A DNA stretch of 64,000 nucleotides from Octopus sinensis. Lineage: Eukaryota. The translations under genes were made by a program, and so were the position numbers. The stretch lies in contig NC_043008.1 of assembly GCF_006345805.1 (NCBI RefSeq), positions 55,738,001 to 55,802,000 on the forward strand, read 5' to 3'. A model generated the notes under the pieces. It had not been told where the DNA came from. It did not search any database and saw only the letters and a program-made list of their open reading frames with translations. Positions within the stretch are counted from its first letter, which is position 1. Every line of letters starts with the position of its first letter. Positions 49,163 to 62,662 of this stretch are shown here, piece by piece.

Positions 49163-51326
49163 CAAACATGGTATAGTTTACACAACATTGTCAAATATTG
49201 GCCCTTTTTTTTTAAAACAGACAGGATGCAAATTTGCAGATCTAACTGCTTTTTCTAGTATATCAAATAACCATACAGAGACTTGTTGACAATTCAATTC
49301 AGCAAATATCAGATATAGTAAAACATTAAAATATGGTTCAAACATCTTGTGACCATATTTCCAATGAAATACAATGCCTTTATCTTAAATGGTTTTGAAA
49401 ATAATTAAGAATTTGGATGGCTTTAGTTAAATAGCAAAGTTCATTATGAATTTAGTATCTGAGACATGACAAAAGATTATTCATTGTCATCGTTTTAATG
49501 CCATGGCTTGCATGATGGTAACACTGATTTGCATAAAAAAACAGGTGAGACATAGTGAACAAAAGAACATCATCATCGTTTAACGTCCACTTTCCATGCT
49601 AGCATGGGTTGGATGATTTTATTGAGGACTGGTGAACCAGATGGCTGCACCAGGCTCCAATCTGATCTGGCAGAGTTTATACAGCTGGATGCTCTTCCTA
49701 ATGCCAACCACTCTGAGATTGTAGTGGATGCTTTTACATGCCACCGGCACGAGGGCCAGTCAGGTGATACTCCGGTTGTAAAATCCAGCCTTAAAATCAA
49801 TTTCCATCCAAGCTGTAAGAGCATAAGAAAATGGATATTACTGTATTTTCCAGCATTCAAGTCAACATAGTGTGTAGTGTAAACATTCAAACACAGTCAC
49901 TATCTTTCCAAATTTTGCAGAATTTCACTTGGAATTCCTGGTCCTCCTAAGTTGTCTTGGTGTATAAGTTGATCTACCTTTTTTGGCTGCAAATTTTGGT
50001 CTGAAAAATTCAACTTGTATGCCACAAAATATGGACAAATAAATTGATTTGTGTCTTGGAAAAAAGTGGGAAAAAAAAAAAGACTTTTACAATGCTAGGT
50101 GTGTGGACAAAGTGTCAAAGATGAAGGCAATGTAGATGGGTTGACCATATCAGAAGCAGTTATATATGTATAAATGCCAGTAAGTTTCCATGTGTTCAAA
50201 ATACTGAGTTAAAAACCCTTCGACTATCATCATCATTTTAACATCCACTTTCTCATATTTGCATATACGTACATACATCCATCCATCCATGCATATACAC
50301 ACACTATGGGCTTTCAGTAGGTACTGTCTACCAAATTCTTGAAAAGCATTGGCCACTATTTAATTTACATAATTTAAAGAGAGTACAGATGACCCAAGTT
50401 GAGAATACACAAGAAAACCAGCTGAGTAGTTAGCAATTCTTCTTCTGTTACAGACATTGTATTTCAAGAATTCTATTATGATCAATGAGCCTTTGGTCTA
50501 TATTATAAAATTGCAGTTAAAAGTAGATGTTAAAATAGTGATAAGGGGAAGAAGTAAGTGTTATTAGAAGTTATCCAATCAGAAATGGAACAGCAGTTAC
50601 TCAAATCAATTTTTCAACATTCTAACGTTGCTACTATATTTTCCATCATACAATTCATATAATTTGCCACAAGGGCATTACACAGATGTAGCTGCGGGCT
50701 GGACATTTACATTAATGAGACGAAATGAAAAATATATGAATGAATGGGGGAATCAAACGGCACCCGCCATTTCCCGAAAACAATTTTAAAAATAGGACGA
50801 GGTTTCAAAACCTCTTACCATTTAACACTAATGTTCATCATCTTCAAAATTGCTTTTGACTACATACCCCACCCTCCCCATGCCTCATTCAAAAATGTGT
50901 CGTATGACATATATTTTCCATCATCATCATCATCATCATCATCATTTAGTGTCCGCTTTCCACGCTAGCATGGGTTGGACGGTTCAACTGGGGTCTGGGA
51001 AGCCAGAAGGCTGCACCAGGCCCAGTCTGATCTGGCAATGTTTCTATGGCTGGATGCCCTTCCTAACGCCAACCACTCCGTTAGTGTAGTGGGTGCTTTT
51101 TACGTGCCACCAGCAATGGCCACGATTGGATGGTGCTTTTTACGTGCTACAAGTCATAATTTTTCAGACCAAATTTACAGCCAAAAAAAGAAAGATAGTT
51201 TGATTTATAAACCAATGTAGCAAGATTTGGAAAGACAGTGACGATATTTGAATGTTTACCCTGTATACTAATTCAACTTGTATACTAGAAAATGCTGTAA
51301 AAGAACGACGACGACCATCACACAGG

Positions 51327-51746
51327 TTACAAATGAGATGCTATGTTTGATGAGAGAAATTTACTTACAGTTTGAGATGCTGGTACTTTCCGTTGTGGCG
51401 TCATATCTTTAGTGAATGTGTTAAACAGAAAGAAGGCTCCTTTCAAAATTAAAGCATGGAGAGCGTATTGTAGAATTAATGCTCCAACGCCTTTGTAAAA
51501 TCCAAACACCCCTTCCTCAAAGAAAATACTTTTAAAGCAGTCAATAACACCTTCATATTTGGTATTGATGGGGATAACTCCAAGCCCATTGTCTGTATTG
51601 TCAATAATTGTCCGAGTTCCTTGAAGATAAAGTCGGTGAAGTACAGTTTCCAGGGGAAACAGTAAGGCATTGGACAAAAGCCCACCAGTGTACTGTGCTA
51701 ATAATTCTGGGAAACACGTCTGATATACGCTAACACCATCCATTTC
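51327..51746 (-). CDS. SLC25A46: SLC25A46 terminal exon (mitochondrial outer-membrane carrier-like, Ugo1-related)
   Basis: 420 nt = EMDG...FPELLA...FPLETVLHRLYLQGTRTIIDNTD...YEG..DC....EEGVFGFYKG.GAL.LQY-stop, a strong SLC25A46 signature. Confidence 0.96.
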   Translation of the reverse strand, partial: EMDGVSVYQTCFPELLAQYTGGLLSNALLFPLETVLHRLYLQGTRTIIDNTDNGLGVIPINTKYEGVIDCFKSIFFEEGVFGFYKGVGALILQYALHALILKGAFFLFNTFTKDMTPQRKVPASQTVSKFLSSNIASHL

Positions 51747-52151
51747 CTAGAAAATGTAAAATAAAAGGGGGAAAGCGAGAATAAATATTAGGATCAAATG
51801 CTGCAAAATGAAACTGAGCCAAAAACAAATATTTTAAGGAAAGGAGAAAAATACTTTTGATATATTCAGTGTACACAAATAAAACAGCATTAAATTAAAG
51901 TTGCCATCTGTATATCATACTAGATGTATGCACACCATTATAAGGCATGATGTTGCAGAATTGTCTGAGATGAAATCTCTTCACAGACTTGTGTTAAAAA
52001 CCTGATTTCAAATATATATCATTAGTATCATTATCATCATCATTTAACATCTTCTTTCCATGCTGGCATGGACAGCTATAAGAGGGAACCAGTAAGTTGC
52101 AGGGAAAATAATCAACATTAAATCAACAAATGAAGATACAAATCTGTTTAC

Positions 52152-52364
52152 CTGATCTTGCTGCTCAGATCGTACTGCAGACATAACTGTGTATTGAGCA
52201 ATAGAGGTGGTGATATAGTCCAAAAGCCAATACGTAGCTGTTGGTAACATCAGTTTGTAGATTGGTAATAACCGAGTTGTCTGTGGCATGCCAATGCCAA
52301 CAACTCGTGTAACACCTTCTTTGACACAATCAAATAAACCTGGTTTGTCTCCACCAATATCACT
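52152..52364 (-). CDS. SLC25A46: SLC25A46 exon
   Basis: 213 nt = SDIGGDKPGLFDCVKEGVTRVVGIGMPQTTRLLPIYKLMLPT...EQQDQ; TTTCAG acceptor, CAG|GTAAAC donor. Confidence 0.93.
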
Positions 52365-53126
52365 CTGAAAGAATGAGAGAAAAATCAAATTTAATTGCTA
52401 ATAATCTTTATATAGAGTGGAGGTGCATGGCTTAGTAGTTAAGCTGTTGGACTCAAGATCATAAGATTGTAGTTTCAATTCCTGAACCAGGCAATTCATT
52501 ATGTTCTTGAGCAAAAAGCTTCATTCCATGCTGCTCCAGTCCACTCAGCTGTAGAAATGAGTACCATTGGTGGAGGTGCATCGCTTAGTGGTTAGCATGC
52601 TGGATTCACAACTGTAAGATTGTGATTTCAATCCCTGGACTGGGTGATCCATTGTGTTCTTGAGCAAAACACTTTATTTCACATTGCTCCAGTCCATTCA
52701 GCTGTACAAATGAGTTTAGCCTGGAGAAGGATGGGCTCCACCAGTCTTTCTCACTCAAGATATACAGCAGGCTGCACAGCACCCATCACATGCCCCAAGG
52801 GGTTAAGGGCTTGTCATTATCATTCTTTGTATAGACTTATGGTAAGTTTCTAAAAAAAATCAAGTCCATCTTTCTATCTTACTGAATCAACTTTACATCT
52901 TTACATGTAGCTAAGGTCTCATGCATGGTTCTTGCATTACAAGGCATCATCACAATAACTGTGCCATAGTTTGTGGCACTGTTTCAAAGTCACAATGTAG
53001 CATCATTAGAGGGGCTGTTTCACCCTTATTAAAATTTCAATATTTGGATGTAACCATTGCATCTCACTTCAATTATTAACACCACTGTAAAAAAGTATAA
53101 CTCTATAATAACTATAAAACATTATG

Positions 53127-53467
53127 TGAAGGTGCATGGCTCAGTGGTTAGAGCAGTGGGCTCACAATCATGAGGTAGTGACTTTGATTCCCAGACCGGG
53201 CTGCGTGTTGTGTTCTTGAGCAAGACACTTTATTTCACGTTGCTCCAGTTCACTCAGCTGTAGAAATGAATTGCAATGTCACTGGTGCCGAGCTGTATCA
53301 GCCTTTGCCTTTCCCTTGGATAACATCAGTCGCGTGGAGAGACGAGTCTGGTATGCATGGGTGACTGCTGGTCTTCCATAAACAACCTTGCTCGGACTTG
53401 GGCCTCGGGGGGTAATTTTCTAAGGTGCAATCCCATGGTCATTCATGACCAAAGGGGATCTTTACCC
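53127..53467 (+). mobile_element. tRNA-derived SINE with CORE/Meta-like TTCTTGAGCAAGACACTT segment
   Basis: Near-identical to 35630-35970; head fragments also at 52418-52715. Confidence 0.8.
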
Positions 53468-54008
53468 TATATAATATTACTGTATAACTGTATCAATCAG
53501 ACTATCAGGTGTTGTTATATATTTCTAGTCACAATGTGCTTGCTTTCTCTCATTCCTTGGTGTTATTTAAGACCAAATTCCCAACTTAGTTGATTTTTGC
53601 CTCTCAAACCAAATTTTTTCTACGTGAAATAGTATGGAGAAAAAAGCTAAGTTAGTAGGCGCTGGCATGGCTGTGTGGTTAGGGAGCTTGCTTCCTAGCT
53701 ATATGGTTTCGGGTTCAGTCCCACTGTGTGGCACTTTGGGTAGGTGTCTTCTGCTATAGCCCCGAGCCGACCGAGCTTTGTGATTGAATTCGGTAGGTGG
53801 AAGTTACTGCCGTGTGTGTATATGTGCATGTAGGTGCTTGTGCCTCTCCGAAAGAGAGAGAGAGTTATAGTGTAATCTGAACCATGGAAATATAAGTGCT
53901 AAACTATTCCAAAAGTGTTATATCCAAATCAAAACTGACAGGTATCAGATAATAAAGGATTTTTATTATTTAATAAGTAACAGGATCAAAGTAACACTAT
54001 ATTTTTAC

Positions 54009-54066
54009 CTGGACAGTTTCAATAAGAACCGCAGCATAAAAAGGTGTGTTGACTGCAAATGAAATT
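54009..54066 (-). CDS. SLC25A46: SLC25A46 exon
   Basis: 58 nt = ISFAVNTPFYAAVLIETVQ, with the PFY...LIETVQ motif and canonical splice sites. Confidence 0.93.
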
Positions 54067-54735
54067 CTGAAAAAGAAAAATGGAAAAGAAAAATATAAAT
54101 TAATCAACCACATGTACCGATTTTAAAATCTACCACACAACATATAACATGCTGAATTTAATTTGGTCTATATACACATGTTTCAGATTAATTTGCACTA
54201 GCCACACCACATGGAATTTCTACCTACACCATTTCTACATATTGAATGAGGTCATTTTTTTGAAGGGAGTAGAATTCTGTCTGTTTCCATGAAAGAGTAG
54301 TAAGGATTCTTTGGCTGGTGCCTGATAAAATGTACCCATTGCATGCTGTAAAGTAGTCAGTTAATGAGTGGAGACAGTGAAAGGTTAAAAGGACCCTTGA
54401 ATTTTGTCAAGAACATGACAACCTCTTTAGTGCTGGTGCCACAATAAAATGTATTCAGTACAATCTATTAAGTGGTTGGCAATAGAAAGGGCTTCTGGCT
54501 ATAAAAATAAAAACAAAAAGTAAAAGTGAGATGTGATCCTACAATGCCAGGAGGAGAGTAATTCCAATTAAGAAACGACACAAGCCATGACAACCTGTCT
54601 AATCTATTCCAGCAAGGAAAGTAAACATAAAACAATGATGATGATGATGGTGTGTGTGTGTGAGAGAGAGAGAGGATTAAAAAAATATTCCAAATATCAA
54701 CAGATAGAGTACATTTCAAGGTTGTGCTTGCTTAC

Positions 54736-54792
54736 CCTTTCAGAAGCAAATGTTCAACGTATTTCTTTAAAGAACTGTGAGCCGAGATTTCC
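54736..54792 (-). CDS. SLC25A46: SLC25A46 exon
   Basis: 57 nt = EISAHSSLKKYVEHLLLK(G), with the EHLLLK motif; TTTTCAG acceptor, GTAAGC donor. Confidence 0.92.
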
Positions 54793-54984
54793 CTGAAAAG
54801 AGATGACCAAACATTTCAAACAACTTGGTAAGCTCGTCCTAAGTCATCATGCACACTGTAAGTGATATAATAATAATAAACAACAAAACACAGTTTGAAT
54901 GTTCATGCAAAAATGAAAATGTATTGAAATGCAGTAAAAACAACGGCAAAAACCTTCCAAAATACAACAGAAAATGGAACTTAC

Positions 54985-55085
54985 TTTGGGAGCCATGTAG
55001 TTTCATCAATAATGGTTTCTGTCCCTAGCAGTAATCCTTTCACCACAAACATACTGCCTACACCTTTCCAAAGAGCAGAAGAGCC
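54985..55085 (-). CDS. SLC25A46: SLC25A46 exon
   Basis: 101 nt = [33 protein letters not shown](K), with the ALWKG.GS motif and canonical splice sites. Confidence 0.93.
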
Positions 55086-55150
55086 CTGCAATAAAATTGT
55101 TTTTTAAATCTGTACATGTAAGTGGTTACTTTATACATAAATAAATACAT

Positions 55151-55891
55151 ATAATATATATATATATAGCAGTTGAGGGAACCTGTGGAAGAGGTAGACC
55201 CAGGAAGACCTGGGATGAGGTGGTGAAGCATGACCATCAAACATTAGGCCTCACCGAGGCAATGACTAGTGACTGAGACCTTTGGAGATGTGCAGTGAGT
55301 GAGAAGACCCAGCAAGCCAAGTGAGAAGACCCGGCAAGCCAAGTGAGACCATAACCCATGGCCTATGCCAGGGGTGTAACCAGCCCACTTATGCATACCT
55401 TTCCTTCATTGGACACTAAACTCTGTTTGCAAAGACCTGTTGAGGCAAGTGAAATCGAAATTGAATCAAATTCGATGACTGGCACCTGTATAGGTAGAGC
55501 GCTAAGAGCACCATCTGGGAGCATGATCACTGCCAGAGTAGATGACTGGCTTCCGTGCAGGTGGCACGTAAAAATGCCGGTAGCATGTAAAAAAACATTC
55601 GAGTGAGGTTGTTGCCTATGCTTTTGGACTGGCTCCTGTGCAGGTGACACATAAAAAACACCATTTGAGCATGGCTGTTGCCAGTACCGCCTGATTGGCC
55701 TTGTGCTGGTGGCACGTAAAAAGCACTCACTACACTCTCAGAGTGGTTGGCATTAGGAAGGGCATCTAGCTGTAGAAACTCTGCTACATCAAGATTGGAG
55801 CCTGGTGCAGCCATCTGGTTCACCAGTCCTTAGTCAAATCGTCCAACCCATGCTAGCATGGAAAGTAGATGTTAAACAATGATGATGATGA
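55151..55891 (+). mobile_element. 5'-truncated RTE-clade LINE (ORF C-terminus, 3'UTR, (GAT)n tail)
   Basis: GRGRPRKTWDEVVKHD...DLWR is a typical RTE C-terminus. The same 3'UTR recurs at ~4390-4773, 15927-16270, 49570-49760, 50920-51150, 60450-60657 and 61220-61460. Confidence 0.8.
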
Positions 55892-55992
55892 CAACTATGT
55901 TGGTAACAATGAGAAAAGCAACAGCTGCTATGAAAGTGATTGTGATGAAAGTCAGAGCTAAATGATGGAAAAAGAAGAAAGAAAACACTTAC

Positions 55993-56069
55993 CTGTTTCT
56001 GTTGCAGGTTTACAATTATTTGGAACAGGGTGAGGGAGTTAAATGGTAAGATTTTGCATTATAGTGGAC
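55993..56069 (-). CDS. SLC25A46: SLC25A46 exon with apparent 1-nt deletion
   Basis: CAG acceptor and CAG|GTAAGT donor, but only 77 nt between phase-0 neighbours. Reads VHYNAKSYHLTP then shifts frame; adding 1 nt near 56033-56036 gives ...TP(F/L)TLFQIIVNLQQKQ. Confidence 0.85.
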
Positions 56070-57297
56070 CTGAAGATAGAAATTGTAACAGAAAGAACAT
56101 TAAATACAGGCACTGGAGAAAGCAAATTTGAATGAGGAATAATAGATAAGTTCAAGCATAGCTAAGTAGTTAAGAAGTTTATCTCCCAAACTCAAGGTTT
56201 CAGGTTCAGTCCTGCTTGCTTGCTACCTTGAAGGTTTTCCACTATAGGCACAAGCCAACGCAAGTTTTGTGAGTGCTTTTTGGCAGACAAACTGAAAGAA
56301 GATCATCATGTGTGTGTGTCTTTGTTTTGACATTGCATGGTAGTAGGGTGAGAGGTGGACAGACAGATATACATATATATGATAGATCGTTAGCTCCTAC
56401 ATGCATTTTTTTTCTCTCCTTGTTTTTTTCTGTGTATCTTTCTGTCGAAGAGCATAGGCTCGAAACGTAAAAGACTTTTTCTATTCCTGAGCGCTATACT
56501 AATACATTTGTTTGTTTGTACTCCAACTGCCTACGTCTTTTGTTTATTTTCGTAAACTTTCCCTTTATACATATATATGTCTATATATTGTAAAAGTTCC
56601 TGTGTGGTACCACTTAAAAGCACCAGTGCACACCATGTAAAAGCACCCGTGTGGTGCCATGTAAAAGCACCCAGCACTTTGTATAGGGGTTGGCATTAGG
56701 AAGGCCATCCAGCCATAGAAACCATGTGAAATCAGATTGGAGTCTGGTGCAGTCCCCTAGTTTGCCAGCTCTGATCACACCATCCAACCCATGTCAGCAT
56801 GGACAACAGATGTTAAATGATGATGATGATATCATGTGATCACATGACTGACTAGACTTTCAGATGTTACATATCGCTAGTCACAATGCACTTTGCATTG
56901 TTTTATCTTTTGAATGATGCCACCCCACTGACTAGGTGAGTTGGCCAACATTCTCCCTCTAACCAATAGGGAGACTGGAGCAACATAAAAATGAAGTGTT
57001 TTGCCCAAGAACACAACATGCCACCTGGTCTGAGAATTGAACCCACGATCTAACGATCATGAGTGCAGCAGTCATGCACTTTCAGATATATACATGAATA
57101 CATGGATGGACAGACAGACAGACACTGACAAATAGATAGAGGTGCAGGTAAGGGAAGAGGTGGTTGGGTACCTTGATATATTTCAATGTTATTTCTCATA
57201 ACTTGTATTAAAACAAAGTAATTTATAATATCACAAAAAAAATTTTAAAAATCACAACACATTTCTGAGAGTGAGTACAAAATGGTAATGCACTTAC

Positions 57298-57355
57298 CTG
57301 GCACTGTCGACGCAACACAATGCAGGGATGTGAAAGGAGCTTCTCAGCAAATAGG
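57298..57355 (-). CDS. SLC25A46: SLC25A46 exon
   Basis: 58 nt = (S)LFAEKLLSHPCIVLRRQCQ, containing the diagnostic HPCIVLRRQCQ; TTTGCAG acceptor and CAG|GTAAGT donor. Confidence 0.95.
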
Positions 57356-57484
57356 CTGCAAAGAAATAGATAATAAATATTTCATTTTTAGATAAGACTT
57401 GAGTGATATTTGAAATACTAATTAAGTAAAAAGAAGAGTGTTAAAAAAAAAAAGTATAAAATGCATTATATATATATATATCAG

Positions 57485-57672
57485 GTGTAGAGTTGGCGAA
57501 TCTCAGGAAGCATGGAAGTTTTGAAGGATGCAGTGCTCCGACAATTAACAACTGATGCCGGCAGTTTGTTCCATGCTTCAGCAACTCTTAGCGTGAAAAA
57601 ATGTTTCCAAAAGTCATGGGAACTGTGCTGTTTTCTGACTTTGTAAACACCTCCACGGGTGTTAGACAGGTG
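57485..57672 (-). mobile_element. CR1-clade LINE 3' fragment
   Basis: Minus-strand translation KHFFTLRVAEAWNKLPASVVNCRSTASFK matches the CR1 ORF2 C-terminal motif FF..RV...WN.LP..VV. Confidence 0.7.
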
Positions 57673-58423
57673 GAGTTTGAGTGTGAGCCGAATGCCCTAA
57701 CCACAAAGCCAAGTGAAAAGGAACTACTTGCAATAACATTAAACACTCAAATACTATTTCATTATTTTAAAACAGGAGACACAATGGCCCAGTGGTTAGG
57801 GCAGCAGACTCGCGGTCGTAGGATCGCGGTTTCGATTCCCAGACCAGGCGTTGTGAGTGTTTATTGAGCGAAAACACCTAAAGCTCCACGAGGCTCCGAC
57901 AGGGATGGTGGTGATCCCTGCTGTACTCTTTCACCACAACTTTCTCTCACACTTACTTCCTGTTTCTGTTGTACCTGTATTTCAAAGGGCCGGCCTTGTC
58001 ACTCTCTGTGTCACGCTGAATATCCCCGAGAACTACGTTAAGGGTACATGTGTCTGTGGAGTGCTCAGCCACTTACACGTTAATTTCAAGAGCAGGCTGT
58101 TCCGTTGATCGGATCAACTGGAACCCTCGTCGTCGTAACCGAAAAACTGAGGGGCTAAAGGTTTTAGACTAGCTGCTGAGATTCATGAAGTTAAACCTAC
58201 TGAAAATTTCTGAGATAAAAATTCATTATCACTATTCACAAGCTGCAGTACCGCTCCTGTGCTGGACCAAAATGCAAGTGACATTTCTTATTTCTTCTGG
58301 TGCTTTATGTTCTGAGTTGGAAAAGGTGGTGTGCAGTGGAACTAAACCTGAACTCATGTGATAACAAAACGAATTTCTTTACCATGCATGCAGATAAACA
58401 TACAATCTACCTTCTATTGCATT

Positions 58424-58429
58424 ACTACA

Positions 58430-58461
<32 letters not shown>

Positions 58462-58515
58462 AACTACTACTACTACTACTATTATTATAATAATAATAAT
58501 TATTATTATTATTAT
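58424..58515. repeat. (TAC)n(TAA)n(TAT)n microsatellite
   Basis: Visible directly; generates poly-Y and poly-T/I ORFs. Confidence 0.95.
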
Positions 58516-58865
58516 TCTATGTTTGACTTTTGCTTTATATTTGTACAAGTTGGCTCCAAGTCTCACCCAGAGACCTCAAGAGGCAACAGGTTGGAAGTTC
58601 ATGTTGTTGTTATGCCTAGTGTGCCATATATTTGGTTGTTTTTTTTTTGGTGTTGTACTAGTGGATGTCTAAAAAAAAAAAATTATGTTTGTTTTAAACC
58701 TTGAGATTACATAGAAAGTATTTTGCGTAGGATATGAGCAGTTCCCATGAGCACTATCTTTTGAATTTCTGCCATTTTTGGGTTTCCTGTATTATTATTA
58801 TTATCATTATTATTATTATTATTATAAGGTGAAGTACAAGAAAGAACATGAATTTATTACTTTAC

Positions 58866-58905
58866 CTTGATATTCCGACTGCCATGCCAGTAAAACGGAC
58901 AATAT
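58866..58905 (-). CDS. SLC25A46: SLC25A46 internal exon (most 5' exon found)
   Basis: TATAG acceptor, 40 nt = IVRFTGMAVGIS(S), like SLC25A46 RFAGFGIGLAS; AG|GTAAAG donor. The upstream exon was not identified in the window. Confidence 0.8.
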
Positions 58906-60687
58906 CTATAAAGTACAAGAAGAAAGAAATAATTAAACAGACGAAAAGAAATAATACAGCAAATAATAAAAAGATTAAGAAAAAAATAATTTCAAGACTG
59001 GTTAACTTGAAGCTCAACTACAGTAAAGGTTCTTGGATTATAACCTTCTTTAACATCATTTTCATTTTTTTATCATTGTTTTACAGTTTGATTTTTTTTT
59101 TTTTTTGCTAAGATCAGGAAAACAACAATATTAATTTCGAATTTTGGCACAAGGCCAGCAATTTCAGGGGTGGAGTGTAAGTTGATTATTTTGACTTCAG
59201 TGTTCAACTGGTACTTATTTTATCAACTCTGAAAGGATGAAAGGCAAAGGTAACCTCATCACAATTTGAACTCAGAATGTAAAGACATGAAATGCTTGCA
59301 AAGCATTTTACCCAGCGTGCTAATGATTCTGCCAGCTCACCACCCTAAGATCAGGAATTTATTAATACCAAATATTATATTTGCAATGGATGAGTGAAAT
59401 ATCACTGAAAGAGAAGACAGGCAATGAATTCCAGAGGATGTTGGGAAATAGAGTCTGTGAAGCATGTTGTGAAGGGAAATGGGATGAAGTGATGGATGAG
59501 GAAATGAGATCAAGGGAGCTGACAGTAGGGAATGTAGAGGACAAGGCGAGATGGAGAAAAATATCACGGGGCCTACAAGTTTATGGAAATGATCTTAAAA
59601 TGCTTGCTATTGTTGTATTATAATTGCAGTAAGATTATGATTTAATGATGAAAGATAGATGTGGCAGAAGCACACAATGAAAGACAGAAAAATTGGTCCA
59701 AGTCATATCTGGAACTCTGAGGTGTCATATGCAATACAGTGCAGGGGTGAAACAAAAAGAGACAACCTGGAGTCTGGCAAACTTTCTAATGCCATCATTC
59801 CAGAAACATTATATAAATTTTAGGTGTAGATGTGGCTGTGTGATTCAGAAGCTTGCTTTGCAATTATGTGGTTTCAGGTTCAGTCCCATTGTGCAGCACC
59901 TATAGCCCTGAGCTAAGAAATGCCTTATGAGTGAATATGATCGATAAAAACTGTTTGGAAACTCTGTGTGTGTGTGTGTTCACATGTATAAATGTACAGA
60001 TGGATGGAAAGACAGACAGATACGTGTGTGTGTGTGTGTCTTTATGTTTGTGCTCTTGGTCACTGCTTGACAACCAGTATTGGTTTGTTTACTTCCCCAT
60101 AACTTGCTGGTTCATCAAAAGAGACCAACAGAATAAGTACCAAACTTTAAAAAAATAAGTACTGGAGTTGATTTGTTAGACTAAATCCTTTAGGTGGCAC
60201 TCCAGTATGGCCACAGTCTAATGCTTGAAACAAGTAACAGATAAAAGATATAGTTCCACTGTAAAATTAGTCCCACAAGGGCTTTTATAACAACTTGGCA
60301 TAAAGATTGAACTGATTGCTTCTATTGTTAGTTAAGAATTTCTCTAGACTGCCTCACTTCCCAAACTGTCAATGATAAGATTAGAATGGCATTTATGAAA
60401 ATAAATGACTTTTTCAACAGTATGTCTAAATACATACTGATAAAAACCAGCCAGTGTCCCCTGACTGGCTCCCATGCCGGTGGCACATAAAAAGTACCCA
60501 CTACACCCTCAGAGTGGTTGGTGTTAGGAAGGGCATTCAGCTGTAGAAACCTAGCCAGATCATATTGGAGCCTGGTGCAACCTACTGGCTTGCCAGTCCT
60601 CAGGCAAACCATCCAACCCATACCAGCATGGAAAGCAGATGTTAAATAATGATGATGAGCAGGAGGAACTTACACTATACTGGTATA

Positions 60688-60916
60688 GGCGGCGAGCTGG
60701 CAGAATCGTTAGCACGCGGGCGAAATGCTTAGCAGTATTTCGTCTGCCGTTACGTTCTGAGTTCAAATTCCGCCGAGGTCGACTTTGCCTTTCATCCTTT
60801 TGGGGTCGATAAATCAAGTACCAGTTACGCACTGGGGTCGATGTAATCAACTTAATCCGTTTGTCTGTCTTTGTTTGTCCTCTCTGTGTTTAGCCCCTTG
60901 TGGGTAGTAAAGAAAT
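60688..60916 (+). mobile_element. Monomeric Nin-type SINE
   Basis: Full head and body; TSD TATACTGGTATAG. Confidence 0.85.
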
Positions 60917-62477
60917 ATATACTGGTATAGAAAGAATTATTGCTGGGTTGCTAATTTTGTATTTCTATGTAAAGGAATTGTTCCTAGATACACACTTATT
61001 TAAATTTTAATAATTAACATATATATATGATGAGCTTCTTTCAGTTTCTGTCTACTAAATCCACTCACAAGGCTTTGGTTAGCTCAAGGCTATTGTAGAA
61101 GACTCTCATTGACGATGCCACACAGTGGGACTGAACCCTGAGCCATGAGGTTTCGAAGTAAGCTTCTTATCACACAGCCAAACCTGTGCCTACATACATA
61201 CACATACGCAAACACACACATCATCATCATCGTTTAACGTCCGTTCTCCATGCTAGCATGGGTTGGACGGTTCAACTGGGGTCTGGGAAGCCAGAAGGCT
61301 GCACCAGGCTCCAGTCTGATCTGGCAGTGTTTCTACGGCTGGATGCCCTTCCTAACGCCAACCACTCCGTGAGTGTAGTAGGTGCTTTTTACGTGCCACC
61401 GGCACAGGTGCCAGACGGGGCTGGTGAACAGCCACGGTCGGATGGTGCTTTTTACGTGCCCTCCTCTATCATTCTATTTCCTTGAAAAAATTTCTCCCAG
61501 GCGTTACTCATTACAATTTATCTTGGCCTAACGACCCTTACTGTTTGTCTTTGTTGATTATTTACTCTGTATGCCCACTTTGTTGTTGTTTGTTCATTCA
61601 AAGCTCTAACTCACCATGAATTTTATATTCTAAAAATTTCTGGATGCTGCTGTCTTATGAAGTTCGTATACATGTGTGTGTCTTTTTGTCTGTGTTTATC
61701 CCCTGCTAACACTTGATATCCAGTGTTGGTGTGTTTATGTCCCTATCACTTAGCGGTTCGTCAAAAGAGACCAATAAGATAAGTACCAAGCTTTAAAAAA
61801 ATACTGGGGTCAATTCATCATCATTCAATGATCAATTTTTTCATGCTTGCATGGATCAGACAAAATTTGGTGAGGCAGATTTTTCTAAAGACACTCATTT
61901 ACAACCATGGCATCAGGACAAGGGCACACATAAATACACACACACACATATACATTATAGGTGAACATCTCTCAGTTTCTGTCGACTAAATTCACTCATT
62001 AGGCTTTGGTCAGCCTAGAACAATACAAGACACTTGCCCAAGGTGCCACACAGTGGAACTGAACCCAAGACCACATGGATGGTTGGGAAGCAAGCTTCTC
62101 AACCACACAACTACACTTACACCTATTTATGTGTGAATGTGTGTGTGCGCATGAGTGTGTGTATATATATACATATATAAAAAAATACAAAATGGGACAA
62201 GAACGCAAAACATCCAGAAGACGATACAAAAAACCTGGATGGGTCATTCAAAGCCTTTAATCTTCAGTCAAGAACCGGATCATCCTCGCAATTTCAGCTG
62301 ATTAATCTTGAGATTGCTCCAATCTGGTCAGCCCCAAGGAAAGACTAAGCTAAGAGCATTAGATTCCTTGGAAAAAAGCTTCGAATGTATACGAAACAAG
62401 GATGGAAAAATGGATGATGTTACACGAATATAAATACAAAAATAATACGAAAAAACAATAATAATAATAATAGTAAC

Positions 62478-62518
<41 letters not shown>

Positions 62519-62662
62519 AATTGCAGCATGGAAGGTGTTTATAAACCATTTAAAAACACACAAAAACCGTTAGATTCACTTCAACATTCAAATTTAATTT
62601 GTTGAAATATTTTCGTCAGTTTGAAACCATGACCTGTTCACTGACAAAATTCTGTGTTGTAT

